DNA of 64,000 nt from Thermodesulfobacteriota bacterium (lineage in GTDB: Bacteria; Desulfobacterota_D; UBA1144; Nemesobacterales; Nemesobacteraceae): the NCBI GenBank assembly GCA_965204035.1, contig OZ241964.1, forward strand, positions 1,231,933 through 1,295,932, given 5' to 3'. A program made the position numbers and the translations under genes. Positions 21,328 to 30,572 of this stretch are shown piece after piece. Each line of letters starts with the position of its first letter. Position 1 is the first letter of the stretch. The notes under the pieces are model-generated. The model made no database searches. It was not told the DNA's origin and worked only from the letters and a program-made list of their open reading frames with translations.

Positions 21328-22508
21328 GGCGCGTAGCCGAGCACATAGTAGCGACGAAAAAGAAGAAAAACGACGTGATCGCGGTGGTCTCCGCCATGGC
21401 GGGGGAAACCGACAGGCTGGTCGGCCTCGCAAAAGAGGTGATGGATCCCCCCGATGAAAGGGAGTTTGACGTGATAACCTCAAGCGGGGAGCAGGTATCT
21501 TCCGGCCTTGTGGCCATGACGGTAAAATCGCTCGGGCAGGACGCGATATCTTTCCAGGGACACCAGATAAGGATCACCACCGACAATATTTACTCCAAGG
21601 CGAAGATAAAATCGATTGACGACAGGAACATCCGTATTGCCCTGGGTGAAAAAAAAGCGGTCGTGGTGGCGGGATTCCAGGGAGTCGACGAGAACGGGAA
21701 TCTCACCACGCTCGGGCGGGGAGGCTCCGACCTGACCGCCGTGGCGCTCGCGGCCGTGATGGGGGCCGATGCGTGCGAGCTCTACAAGGACGATGTGGAC
21801 GGGGTTTACACCACGGATCCCGGGATCTGTCCCGACGCAAGAAAACTCAGCCGGATTTCCTATGACGAGATGCTCGAGATGGCGTCTCTGGGCTCCAAGG
21901 TGCTCCAGGCCCGCGCGGTTGAATTTGCAAAAAAATTTAAAGTGCCTATACATGTTAAGTCAACTCCAAGACCCGGGGAAGAGGGGACGTGGGTTCTGGA
22001 TGAGGAAAAAGTTATGAAATCCATGGAAGAAGTTGTGGTATCGGGAGTCTCCTACGACAGGGACCAGGCCAAGATCACCGTGACGCAGGTGCCCGACCAG
22101 CCCGGCATAGCGGCAAGGCTTTTCTCGTCGCTTGCCGATGAGAACATAGTGGTCGATATGATCGTTCAGAACGTGAGCACGGAAGGGTTTACCGACCTCA
22201 CGTTTACCGTGCCCAAGTCGGATTTCAAAAAATCAATAGAACTCTCGGAGAAGATGGCCCGGGAGCTGGGGGCAAAGCAGGTGCTCTCTGACAACCTCAT
22301 CTCCAAGGTATCCCTGGTGGGAGTGGGGATGAAGACCCACTCCGGAGTGGCTTCGCGCATGTTCAGGACGCTTGCAAACGAGGGAATTAACATTATGATG
22401 ATAAGCACTTCGGAAATAAAGATCTCCTGCGTGCTTGAGGAAAAAGACACGGAGACTGCCGTAAGGACTCTTCACAACGCCTTTAATCTTGGAAAGACCG
22501 ATGAGTAA
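21270..22508 (+). CDS. lysC: Aspartate kinase
   Basis: MALVVQKYGGTSV start, amino-acid kinase domain, and two C-terminal ACT domains. Confidence 0.9.
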   Translation: MALVVQKYGGTSVASIEKIRRVAEHIVATKKKKNDVIAVVSAMAGETDRLVGLAKEVMDPPDEREFDVITSSGEQVSSGLVAMTVKSLGQDAISFQGHQIRITTDNIYSKAKIKSIDDRNIRIALGEKKAVVVAGFQGVDENGNLTTLGRGGSDLTAVALAAVMGADACELYKDDVDGVYTTDPGICPDARKLSRISYDEMLEMASLGSKVLQARAVEFAKKFKVPIHVKSTPRPGEEGTWVLDEEKVMKSMEEVVVSGVSYDRDQAKITVTQVPDQPGIAARLFSSLADENIVVDMIVQNVSTEGFTDLTFTVPKSDFKKSIELSEKMARELGAKQVLSDNLISKVSLVGVGMKTHSGVASRMFRTLANEGINIMMISTSEIKISCVLEEKDTETAVRTLHNAFNLGKTDE

Positions 22509-24087
22509 TTCGAGAACCGTTGAGATATACGACGTGACCCTGCGCGACGGAACCCAGGGGGAGAACATATCCTTTTCCATACACGACAAGATCCGGATAA
22601 CGCAGAGACTGGATGACCTCGGGGTGCATTACATCGAGGGCGGATGGCCCGGCTCCAACGAGAGGGACAAGGGGTATTTTGAGGAAGCCAAGAAGCTGGG
22701 GCTTAAAAACGCGAGCGTCGCGGCTTTCGGAAGCACAAGACGCGCAAGGAAAAGCTGCGGGGAAGACGCGAGCATACAGGCGCTTTTGCAGGCCGAAACC
22801 CCGGTCGTGACGATTGTCGGGAAAAGCTGGGACTTCCAGGTCACAGAAGCTCTCAAAATAGAGCTTGAAGAGAACCTCGAGCTCGTACACGACTCGATCG
22901 AGTACCTGAAGCGCCACGTGGACAAGGTGTTTTTTGACGCCGAGCATTTCTTTGACGGCTGGAAGAGAAATTCCAAGTACTCGGCGAAGGTCCTTGAAAC
23001 CGCCTACGGGGCGGGGGTCGACACAGTCGTTCTCTGCGACACAAACGGCGGCTCCATGCCCTGGGACGTCGAGGGCGCCATAAGGGAAGTTAACGGCATG
23101 TTCGATAACCCGAGCCTCGGAATACACACCCATAACGACAGCGAAGTCGGAGTCGCTAACACGCTTTACGCGGTAAGGGGAGGAGCGTCCCAGGTACAGG
23201 GAACCATGAACGGCTACGGGGAGCGGTGCGGAAACGCCAATCTCTGCGCCATAATACCGAATATAGCCCTGAAGCTCGGGATGAAGTCCCTTTCCAAAAA
23301 AAACCTGAAAAAACTTTATTCCGTGTCGCATTTTATCCATGAACTCACCAATCTGCCCCCTCTTAAAAAGCAGGCGTTTGTCGGCGAAAGCGCCTTCGCC
23401 CACAAAGGGGGAATTCACGTAAGCGCCGTCATGAAGAATTCAGACACCTACGAGCACATAGAGCCCCGAAGCGTCGGCAACAGGAGGCGGGTACTGGTCT
23501 CTGACCTCTCCGGCCGGGCCAACATAGCCTACAAGGCCCAGGAACTGGGAGTGGAAATAGACCCCAAGGACGAAAGAGTTCTTGAGATACTGAACGAGCT
23601 TAAGGTTCTCGAGAACCAGGGTTACGAATTCGAGGGGGCGGACGCGTCTTTTGAGCTGCTGGTGAGAAAAACCCTCGGAACCTATAAAAAGCGGTTTTAT
23701 CTCAAGAACACCAGAACTCTGGTCGAAAAGAGAGAGGAAGACGAAGAACCGCTCTCAGAAGCGACCGCGGAAGTGCAGGTAAACGGCGTCACGGAATACA
23801 CGGTGGCAAGGGGAACAGGTCCCGTAAGCGCGATAGACAGGGCGCTTCGGAAATCGCTTGAGAAATTCTTCCCAAGTCTTAAGACCCTGCGGCTGCTGGA
23901 TTACAGGGTAAGGGTAGTGTCGAGGTCGGGCGGAACGGATTCCGTGGTGAGGGTGCTTGTCGAATCGGGAGACGGGGAGAAGACGTGGAGCACCGTGGGA
24001 GTCTCAGACAACATAGTGGAGGCAAGCTGGAAGGCCCTTGTCGACAGCATAGACTACAAGATCCTGAAAGACGAGCTAGGCACCTGA
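22501..24087 (+). CDS. cimA: (R)-citramalate synthase / 2-isopropylmalate synthase family (CimA-like)
   Basis: DRE_TIM domain (YDVTLRDGTQ, HYIEGGWPGSN) plus the LeuA-type C-terminal regulatory domain. The N-terminus resembles Geobacter-type CimA. Start assigned to the ATG at 22501, inside the 22489 ORF. Confidence 0.65.
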   Translation: MSNSRTVEIYDVTLRDGTQGENISFSIHDKIRITQRLDDLGVHYIEGGWPGSNERDKGYFEEAKKLGLKNASVAAFGSTRRARKSCGEDASIQALLQAETPVVTIVGKSWDFQVTEALKIELEENLELVHDSIEYLKRHVDKVFFDAEHFFDGWKRNSKYSAKVLETAYGAGVDTVVLCDTNGGSMPWDVEGAIREVNGMFDNPSLGIHTHNDSEVGVANTLYAVRGGASQVQGTMNGYGERCGNANLCAIIPNIALKLGMKSLSKKNLKKLYSVSHFIHELTNLPPLKKQAFVGESAFAHKGGIHVSAVMKNSDTYEHIEPRSVGNRRRVLVSDLSGRANIAYKAQELGVEIDPKDERVLEILNELKVLENQGYEFEGADASFELLVRKTLGTYKKRFYLKNTRTLVEKREEDEEPLSEATAEVQVNGVTEYTVARGTGPVSAIDRALRKSLEKFFPSLKTLRLLDYRVRVVSRSGGTDSVVRVLVESGDGEKTWSTVGVSDNIVEASWKALVDSIDYKILKDELGT

Positions 24088-24225
24088 GATTATCCCAGCG
24101 CCTGTTCCACGCTCCATCTCTTCATTACAGCCCCAGATAATACAATTTTCTCCGTCAATTAATGACAGCCTGTGCGATGCAGGGGACAGCAGACCCCAGC
24201 AGGCAGTCTCAAGCAAACAGACACG

Positions 24226-24276
24226 GAAAAATAAAAAACGGGACTATCCAGATCAGCCGATCCAGACAGTCCCGTT
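24226..24276 (-). terminator. Rho-independent terminator for the minus-strand gene 24306..25532 (8-bp stem ACGGGACT/AGTCCCGT plus U-tract)
   Basis: Read directly: the hairpin is followed on the minus strand by TTTTTTATTTTT. Confidence 0.45.
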
Positions 24277-24278
24277 CA

Positions 24279-24302
24279 CCCGCGGAAAACCCGCGTTTTT
24301 TC
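24279..24302 (+). terminator. Small GC hairpin (CGCGG-aaaac-CCGCG) plus a T6 tract, plus-strand terminator candidate downstream of the cimA-like gene
   Basis: Read directly. Together with the adjacent hairpin it forms a convergent terminator pair. Confidence 0.35.
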
Positions 24303-24305
24303 TTC

Positions 24306-25532
24306 CTACTCCCCTGCTGGCCTGCTCCTCAGACAAAGCGCGAAACACAGCGAAAATATTACCATAAACATGTTGAGCATGGCACTTCCCGCATGGCTTG
24401 CCGATGCCCCAGCAATGGCGCATCCGTCGTCGCTGCCGCCTTCTTCCATCATGTCCTCCGGATAAATACCTGAACCGAAAATAAAAGTGCCAAACCGTTC
24501 AAAGCCTTCATAGCTCCTTGCTTCAACATAGGTCAGCTTCGGAGATGTTCCGGGAGACTTGCCGGCCTCGTTAACCTCGTCTCCGGGTATAGCAGGATTG
24601 TCCCATTTATACCGCACAAAACCTCCCTTCCCATGGGCTCCGGCCACTTTAAGTATCTCCTTCTCGATGTTGACTCCGTCTTCATCAAAAACGTTACGAA
24701 AAGTGCTACCGTTAAGCTCGGGATTGTTCCCGTTAAATACTACTCTAGACGTTTCGGCGTTCATCACGAAAACATATACGGAATCGGATTTCCAGGGCGA
24801 CCCCCTGCCTTCCCTGGCATCAGCAATACACTGAATTTTATCAAGAGCTGAGCTTCCTTCGCTGAGAGCATCACCGACCTCATCCATCGCCTGTCGTACG
24901 AACCTCCTCAAATCTTCCTCTCTCTGACTTTTCTCCAACTGCGCGGCGGTTATCTCGAGACTCTCTTCTTCACATTCAAGGTGTTCTATAGCCTCGTGGT
25001 TCTCCGCATGATCAAAACCTGCGTAATAGACGTATGACTGACCAGCAGGAGCAATTGCGCATGCCCATCTCTGGGTCCCTTCAAGATCGTATGAAATACA
25101 AACTGGCCCTAGCGTTCCATGCTCTTGCTCACCAGCGCCTGGCTCATTTTCCAGCATCCTATCCAATTCGCCTATCTCGTGAACACCTGACAGGTCGCTC
25201 GCCCACAGTGATCGTAGATGCTTGCCATGACTGTAAACCTCGCCACTCAAGGTTGCAATCAGGTAGACAGATTCATGCTTCCATACCCCGTCCTTCCTCG
25301 TCTCCCTTAAAAAAGCTTCTTGCCGGCCCGAAGCCGCCGTACCCTCGCCGACATGATAACTTAAATGGTGAAGGAAATCCTCCATCGCCTTCTCGGTATT
25401 TTGTTCGTAAGCCTCTTGAGCAGTCGTTTGGGGATCTTCATGCCCCTCGTGGGCAAATGCATAGGCTACAGAAAGACAGACCAGAAACAGCGCCATACCC
25501 ACCGTAGCCGCGAGATTACCGAATCTCTTCAT
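24306..25532 (-). CDS. Exported protein with two Cache-like (extracellular sensor) repeats and a C-terminal hydrophobic anchor followed by basic residues
   Basis: Signal peptide (MKRFGNLAATVGMALFLVCLSVAYAFA). Two repeats of the SVY..ATL../RWAC..APAGQSYVYYAGF and SVYVFVMNAETSRVVFNG...KLTYVEARSYEGF type. C-terminal tail GGSDDGCAIAG...MLNMFMVIFSLCFALCLRSRPAGE. Confidence 0.5.
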   Translation of the reverse strand: MKRFGNLAATVGMALFLVCLSVAYAFAHEGHEDPQTTAQEAYEQNTEKAMEDFLHHLSYHVGEGTAASGRQEAFLRETRKDGVWKHESVYLIATLSGEVYSHGKHLRSLWASDLSGVHEIGELDRMLENEPGAGEQEHGTLGPVCISYDLEGTQRWACAIAPAGQSYVYYAGFDHAENHEAIEHLECEEESLEITAAQLEKSQREEDLRRFVRQAMDEVGDALSEGSSALDKIQCIADAREGRGSPWKSDSVYVFVMNAETSRVVFNGNNPELNGSTFRNVFDEDGVNIEKEILKVAGAHGKGGFVRYKWDNPAIPGDEVNEAGKSPGTSPKLTYVEARSYEGFERFGTFIFGSGIYPEDMMEEGGSDDGCAIAGASASHAGSAMLNMFMVIFSLCFALCLRSRPAGE

Positions 25533-26074
25533 AGCTTTCTCCTCTTGGAAAATTCAGGATAACTCAACACCCTGCAATCTGAGAATTCCTCCATCAGCCC
25601 CTTATTTTTACCGCTGACAGAGATGACCCGTCAAATCTAATTTCTCTTCCCATTAAACCAAAAGTCCGCTATAAGATCAAGTATTTTGCAAGGAGGAGAC
25701 GCTTGCGCTGTCAGGTTTTCGCGCAATACGTAACCAATAACATCTCTACTCGCGGTTTTCTCCGTTGCCGGCGGGCTTGTGGGCAACGGATTTCCCCCGG
25801 AAAATCTGCTTTATCGCAACAAGCAGGGGGGAGGTTTTTGCCCCACCCGGAAACCCTTGATATATATACATATACTCAACAGCGCAAACGCCTCTTGTTA
25901 ATAGCAAATTAAAATATCCGGTTCCTTAACAAGTGAATTCAGGCTGTGAAGATCGACCGATTCCTGTATTCTTTCCGCGCAAAAGTTTTTTCATCTTTAC
26001 CGATTTTTTGCTTTTTAACTGACTTATACCCTTGGCAGTTCTTTAGGCTTAAAGGACAAACTTAACGCCAGAGA

Positions 26075-27037
26075 TTAACCCTGCGCCCGCTTCGCACTCC
26101 CTCTTTTTATTACGGCCCCGAGATGTCTGCGGTTTCTTTCTCTGGCAAGTCTCATCTGCTTCTGTCTTTCCTCAAGCGATGAAATCCTCTCGGGAGTAAG
26201 CTTTGCGTGGCAGCGGGGACACGATATTCCCTCGCGGAATTCCTTGGATTGCCTGTCCTGCGGAGACACGGGCGCCCTGCAGTTCCTGCACGTGCTCCAG
26301 ATTCCCTTAGAAAGGTCGTGGCCGACCGAGGTGCGGTCGTCGAACACGAAACACTCCCCTTCCCAGAGGCTCTGCTCGCGCGGAACCCGCTCGAGGTAGG
26401 AAAGCACCCCTCCTTCAAGCTGATACACGCGCTGAAATCCCCTCTCGAGAAGATAGGATGTCGCTTTCTCGCACCTTATCCCGCCCGTGCAGAACATCGC
26501 AACTTCCCTGTGCTCCGCGGGGTCGAGGTTTTCCCTCACGTATTCGGGAAACTCCCTGAAGTGCCCAGTCTCGGGATTCACTGCGCCCCTGAAGGTTCCG
26601 ACGCGGTTCTCATAATCGTTCCTCGTGTCTATAACAAGCACGTCGGGGCGGCTTATAAGCTCGTTCCATTGCTCGGGCGGTACGCGCTGCCCCGAGAGGC
26701 GCTGCGGCCTTATGCCGCTTACGCCCATGGGAACCAGCTCTTTTTTGAATTTCACCTTGAGGCGGTGAAAGGGGCTTTTCTCGTTGTAACTGAGTTTGTA
26801 CCGCGCGCCCGATAGCCTCGCGTCGCTCTCAAGACAGGCAATGAGCCCCTCTATACCCCCGCGGGGACCCGCTACGGTGGCGTTTATTCCCTCAGAAGCG
26901 AGAATGAAGGTGCCGTTTATGCCGTTTTCCCCGCAGAAGGAGAGCAGGGAGTTCTTTATTTCCAGGAGGTCGTCAAGATCAACGAACTTGTAGAAGGAGA
27001 GGACCGCGACGCCTTGGCTTTCCGGCTGCCTACTCAT
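26075..27037 (-). CDS. trhO: tRNA uridine(34) hydroxylase (rhodanese-domain UPF0176/YceA family)
   Basis: Rhodanese active-site CTGGIRCEK and a C-terminal zinc-ribbon CxxC...CxxC. 320 aa is typical of TrhO. Confidence 0.75.
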   Translation of the reverse strand: MSRQPESQGVAVLSFYKFVDLDDLLEIKNSLLSFCGENGINGTFILASEGINATVAGPRGGIEGLIACLESDARLSGARYKLSYNEKSPFHRLKVKFKKELVPMGVSGIRPQRLSGQRVPPEQWNELISRPDVLVIDTRNDYENRVGTFRGAVNPETGHFREFPEYVRENLDPAEHREVAMFCTGGIRCEKATSYLLERGFQRVYQLEGGVLSYLERVPREQSLWEGECFVFDDRTSVGHDLSKGIWSTCRNCRAPVSPQDRQSKEFREGISCPRCHAKLTPERISSLEERQKQMRLARERNRRHLGAVIKRGSAKRAQG

Positions 27038-27893
27038 CCGCCCCTGCCCCGCTAAGGCTCTCCCACGTTGAGAGGTAAGCCAGAAGATGCCGGCTCCTTT
27101 CGGGGCTCTCGGCCTCTTGTTTTATCATACCGCGAAGCAGGCGCTGTTCCTCCGCGTACCGCTGCGAATCGAGGTGTCCTATCGAGTGGGCCATCCTGAG
27201 CCACAGAAGATAGGTAGTGAGAGCGTCGCACTCGTTATAAGCGACTATCTCGTCAAGTCTTCCTTCAAGCCACATCGGAGCGACCTGCTTTCCGTCTACT
27301 CCCTCCATCTTGCCCGGGATTCCGCTTACGACCGATATTTCGTGAAGAGACGGGGTGCCCTTCCCCCAGGCACTCACGCAGCGCATCAGATCGACGTTCC
27401 AGTCGCTTCCGCGGGCGAAAAAATCGGCTCCTTCCCAAGGCCTGTTCGGTCTCTGGGTGAAAAAACCGCCCCCGAGCCCGTGCTTGATCATTCTCTGGGC
27501 AAGAATCGGTATGTCGGAACCCGAGGAGTTGTACCCCACAAGCTGCGGGCGGTGCTTGTCGAGAATCCTGAAAAACTCTTCTATGATCCTTCTCTCCGAG
27601 CAATTCTCTTCAGAAGTCGGAATTGACGGAATGGAGTGAAGCTTGAGTCTTGAGACCGTTCCGTCCCTTTCTTCCTCCCGGAACACCATCGAGATGGAAA
27701 CTATTTTCGAGAGGACCGTCTTTAGAAACGGCATCGGCTCTTCCTCGGTCGCCCCGCCCTGCTGCCACATGAACTCGATCACTTCGCGGTCGGGCATATC
27801 CCCCGGAAGTCCGTACGCGGTCTTTCCCGACTCGGGGTCGGGAACCCATTCTATGTCAAAGGCAAGAACCCGGGATTTTACTTCTCTGAACAT
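27030..27893 (-). CDS. Predicted RNase H-like 3'-5' exonuclease related to the PolB exonuclease domain (COG3298/PF10108-like)
   Basis: LAFDIEW Exo I-like motif, LVGYNSSGSDIPIL Exo II-like motif, and YNECDAL Exo III (YxxxD)-like motif. The 3' end overlaps the trhO start by 8 nt. Confidence 0.6.
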   Translation of the reverse strand: MFREVKSRVLAFDIEWVPDPESGKTAYGLPGDMPDREVIEFMWQQGGATEEEPMPFLKTVLSKIVSISMVFREEERDGTVSRLKLHSIPSIPTSEENCSERRIIEEFFRILDKHRPQLVGYNSSGSDIPILAQRMIKHGLGGGFFTQRPNRPWEGADFFARGSDWNVDLMRCVSAWGKGTPSLHEISVVSGIPGKMEGVDGKQVAPMWLEGRLDEIVAYNECDALTTYLLWLRMAHSIGHLDSQRYAEEQRLLRGMIKQEAESPERSRHLLAYLSTWESLSGAGADE

Positions 27894-27902
27894 CCGCCGC
27901 GG

Positions 27903-28454
27903 TCAGCTCCTTATGTAGGTGCGCATGAAAAGTATTATCGCGAAAAGGGTCGGGACAAGCAAAAACGCCTGGGAGACAAGTATTCCCTTAAGCCTTGTTA
28001 TCTCGAACCCGCGTTCAACAACCAGGGTGTAGCGGGGTGTCTGCGAGGCGGCGCTTGCAAAAGACTCGATCACGTAACCTGTCGGCCCGGGGTTTTCAAA
28101 CTCGAATATTTTCACTCCCCTCCTTCCCATGTAGCTGTATCTTTTCTGAGAATCAGGCACCTTGAGTTCCACGCTCTCCGCATTGGAAGCTTTTCTCAGG
28201 TAAACAACTATCGAGCCCTGCTCAACGGAGTCCCCGTTTGTCTTTTCTTCCTCGAAAGCGCTTTCATACTGGTGGTAGATTGAATAAAGCCCCTTTTTCT
28301 CAAGCCGGATTGGGTGGCTTCCCGGAAAAGCGTATTCGCTAAGCGTTGAGCCGAGACCGGTAAAGCTTTTCACTACGTTATAAAAGAAAAGTCCCCCTCC
28401 GAGCAGAAACAGCACTATGCAGAAAATGTAGATTCTTCTTTTTTTGTCTTCCAT
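27903..28454 (-). CDS. Hypothetical membrane protein (N- and C-terminal TM helices flanking a ~130 aa extracytoplasmic domain)
   Basis: Hydrophobic segments IYIFCIVLFLLGGGLFFY and AFLLVPTLFAIILF. No known domain recognised. First gene of the apparent operon with the exonuclease gene and trhO. Confidence 0.5.
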   Translation of the reverse strand: MEDKKRRIYIFCIVLFLLGGGLFFYNVVKSFTGLGSTLSEYAFPGSHPIRLEKKGLYSIYHQYESAFEEEKTNGDSVEQGSIVVYLRKASNAESVELKVPDSQKRYSYMGRRGVKIFEFENPGPTGYVIESFASAASQTPRYTLVVERGFEITRLKGILVSQAFLLVPTLFAIILFMRTYIRS

Positions 28455-28589
28455 TGATTCTATACCTACTTAAGAATCCGCTTTGCGCGGATTTGAGATG
28501 CGCTTAATTATACTGCGAAAAGTTTTGAGAGCCATAATTTCTTTTTGGATACACTCAAGATTTTATTTCGAGAAGAAAAGAAATACCGT

Positions 28590-28618
28590 TTGACAAAGCG
28601 TTTTTGCTGTGGAATACT
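28590..28618 (+). promoter_or_regulatory. sigma70-type promoter of csp copy 1 (TTGACA, 17 nt spacer, TGg-AATACT)
   Basis: Read directly. The hexamers are duplicated upstream of csp copy 2. Confidence 0.5.
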
Positions 28619-28654
28619 CCCGCGGATATTAAATTTCTAGAGGTAGGTATTGTA

Positions 28655-28855
28655 ATGCAGGGAACTGTAAAATGGTTTAATAGCTCCAAAGGCTATGGAT
28701 TTATAACATCCAACGAAGTGCAGGATGATATTTTTGTTCATTACACCGCTATTGAGGGCGAGGGTTACAAGACTCTCAATGAAGGTGACGAAGTAAGCTT
28801 TGAGATCACTCAAGGTAAGAAAGGACCCACCGCAACAAACGTTGTGCCTGCTTAA
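28655..28855 (+). CDS. Cold-shock protein (CspA family), copy 1
   Basis: [17 protein letters not shown] carries the RNP1 motif and VHY/FV the RNP2 motif. 66 aa. RBS GAGGTAGG. Confidence 0.9.
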   Translation: MQGTVKWFNSSKGYGFITSNEVQDDIFVHYTAIEGEGYKTLNEGDEVSFEITQGKKGPTATNVVPA

Positions 28856-28970
28856 GAATTCGCTTTGCGCGGATTTGATATCCTCGCAGGTATACGGCGA
28901 AACACTTTGAGAACTACTGTATGTCTTCCTCCGCATCCAGGATTTTCTCTGGAGACGGAGGAGCTACAGT

Positions 28971-28999
28971 TTGACAAAGCAATACAGGTGTGGAATAAT
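28971..28999 (+). promoter_or_regulatory. sigma70-type promoter of csp copy 2 (TTGACA, 17 nt spacer, TGg-AATAAT)
   Basis: Read directly. Paralogous to the copy-1 promoter. Confidence 0.5.
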
Positions 29000-29032
29000 C
29001 CCGCAAATATTAATTCAGAGGTAGGTATTGTA

Positions 29033-29236
29033 ATGCAGGGAACTGTAAAATGGTTTAATAGCTCCAAAGGCTATGGATTTATAACATCCGACGAAGTGCA
29101 GGATGATGTTTTTGTTCATTACACCGCTATTGAGGGCGAGGGTTACAAGACTCTCAATGAGGGTGACGAAGTAAGCTTTGAGATCGTTCAAGGCAAAAAA
29201 GGACCCACCGCAACAAACGTAATAAAGACTTCCTAA
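29033..29236 (+). CDS. Cold-shock protein (CspA family), copy 2 (tandem duplicate, >90% nucleotide identity with copy 1)
   Basis: [63 protein letters not shown]. Confidence 0.9.
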   Translation: MQGTVKWFNSSKGYGFITSDEVQDDVFVHYTAIEGEGYKTLNEGDEVSFEIVQGKKGPTATNVIKTS

Positions 29237-29383
29237 GGGAATTCAGAATCCGGTTATTTTGTTTCCCGGGGAAAAATCCCGTTTCTTGACTGACGGGAAA
29301 GTTGCGTTTGCGGTTTGAAAATACGCGAATCATGTACTAACTTTAGTATCTGAATATTTTAGATCGCAAGGAAGGTATTTAAA

Positions 29384-30532
29384 ATGGACCTGAGCAACCA
29401 GGAGATAACAAGGTACAGCAGACACCTTATAATGCCCGAAGTCGGCATTGAGGGACAGAAAAAACTCAAAAACGCAAGGGTTCTGTGTATCGGCGCCGGA
29501 GGGCTCGGATCTCCGCTTGCTCTCTACCTCGCGGCCGCGGGGATAGGCACCCTGGGAATACTGGACTTCGACGTTGTGGATTTCAGCAACCTGCAAAGGC
29601 AGGTTATCCACAGCGAGAAGACCGTTGGCACTCCCAAGGTGGAATCCGCGAGGGACCGTCTCCTTGAGCTTAACTCCGATACAAATATCGTTACCTATAA
29701 CGAGATGCTGAATTCCGATAACGCCATGGACATAATGAAAGACTACGACGTTGTCGTTGACGGAACGGACAATTTCGCCACGAGGTATCTCACAAACGAC
29801 GCCTGCGTTTTCCTGGGAATTCCGAACGTCTACGGAAGCATCTTCAGGTTCGAGGGCCAGGTAAGCGTGTTCGACGCGAAAAGAGGCCCCTGCTACAGGT
29901 GTCTCTATCCGGAGCCCCCTCCCCCGGGACTCGTGCCGAGCTGCGCCGAAGGAGGAGTGCTTGGAATACTGCCCGGAGTTGTGGGAACCATGCAGGCAGC
30001 AGAGGTCGTAAAGCTTGTAATCGGAGAGGGAGAGCCGCTTATAGGGAGGCTTCTCTTCATTGACGTCCTCAACATGGAGCCGAGGATACTCAAGCTCAGA
30101 AAAGATCCCGACTGCCCCGTCTGCGGCGAGAACCCAACGGTGACCGAACTCATAGACTACCAGGAGTTCTGCGGCATCGGCCGGGGCGAAGAGCCTGAAG
30201 AGGAAAAACCCAAGGTCGAGGAGATAACCGTCGAGGAGTTCAGCTCCATCAAGGAAAACAAGGCCGACTTCGTTCTGATCGACGTGAGAGAGCCCCATGA
30301 GTACGAGATATGCAGCCTGGAGGGATCAAGACTCATTCCCCTGGGCGAACTCAAGGACAGGACGGACGAACTTGACCCCAAGGACGACATAGTCGTTCAC
30401 TGCCACCATGGCGGGAGAAGCATGAAGGCCGCGACTTTCCTTGTCGAGCAGGGCTTCAGCAAAGTTAAGAACCTCAAGGGCGGCATAGACGAGTGGGCTG
30501 AGAAGTACGACTCGGAAATGGCCAGGTACTGA
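29384..30532 (+). CDS. Molybdopterin/thiamin-synthase adenylyltransferase (MoeB/ThiF E1-like domain) fused to a C-terminal rhodanese domain (MoeZ/MOCS3-like sulfur-carrier activating enzyme)
   Basis: YSRHL, GAGGLGSP nucleotide-binding loop and CxxC...CxxC zinc motif of the E1 fold. C-terminal rhodanese with the CHHGGRS active-site loop. Confidence 0.8.
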   Translation: MDLSNQEITRYSRHLIMPEVGIEGQKKLKNARVLCIGAGGLGSPLALYLAAAGIGTLGILDFDVVDFSNLQRQVIHSEKTVGTPKVESARDRLLELNSDTNIVTYNEMLNSDNAMDIMKDYDVVVDGTDNFATRYLTNDACVFLGIPNVYGSIFRFEGQVSVFDAKRGPCYRCLYPEPPPPGLVPSCAEGGVLGILPGVVGTMQAAEVVKLVIGEGEPLIGRLLFIDVLNMEPRILKLRKDPDCPVCGENPTVTELIDYQEFCGIGRGEEPEEEKPKVEEITVEEFSSIKENKADFVLIDVREPHEYEICSLEGSRLIPLGELKDRTDELDPKDDIVVHCHHGGRSMKAATFLVEQGFSKVKNLKGGIDEWAEKYDSEMARY

Positions 30533-30572
30533 GGATCAGGGGTTTTAGGGAAAGGGAGGAAAACTCTTTTTC

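Noticed and set aside
25703-25912. 69-aa ORF in the long intergenic region
   Set aside because: No RBS, no homology, and composition typical of a non-coding AT-rich spacer.
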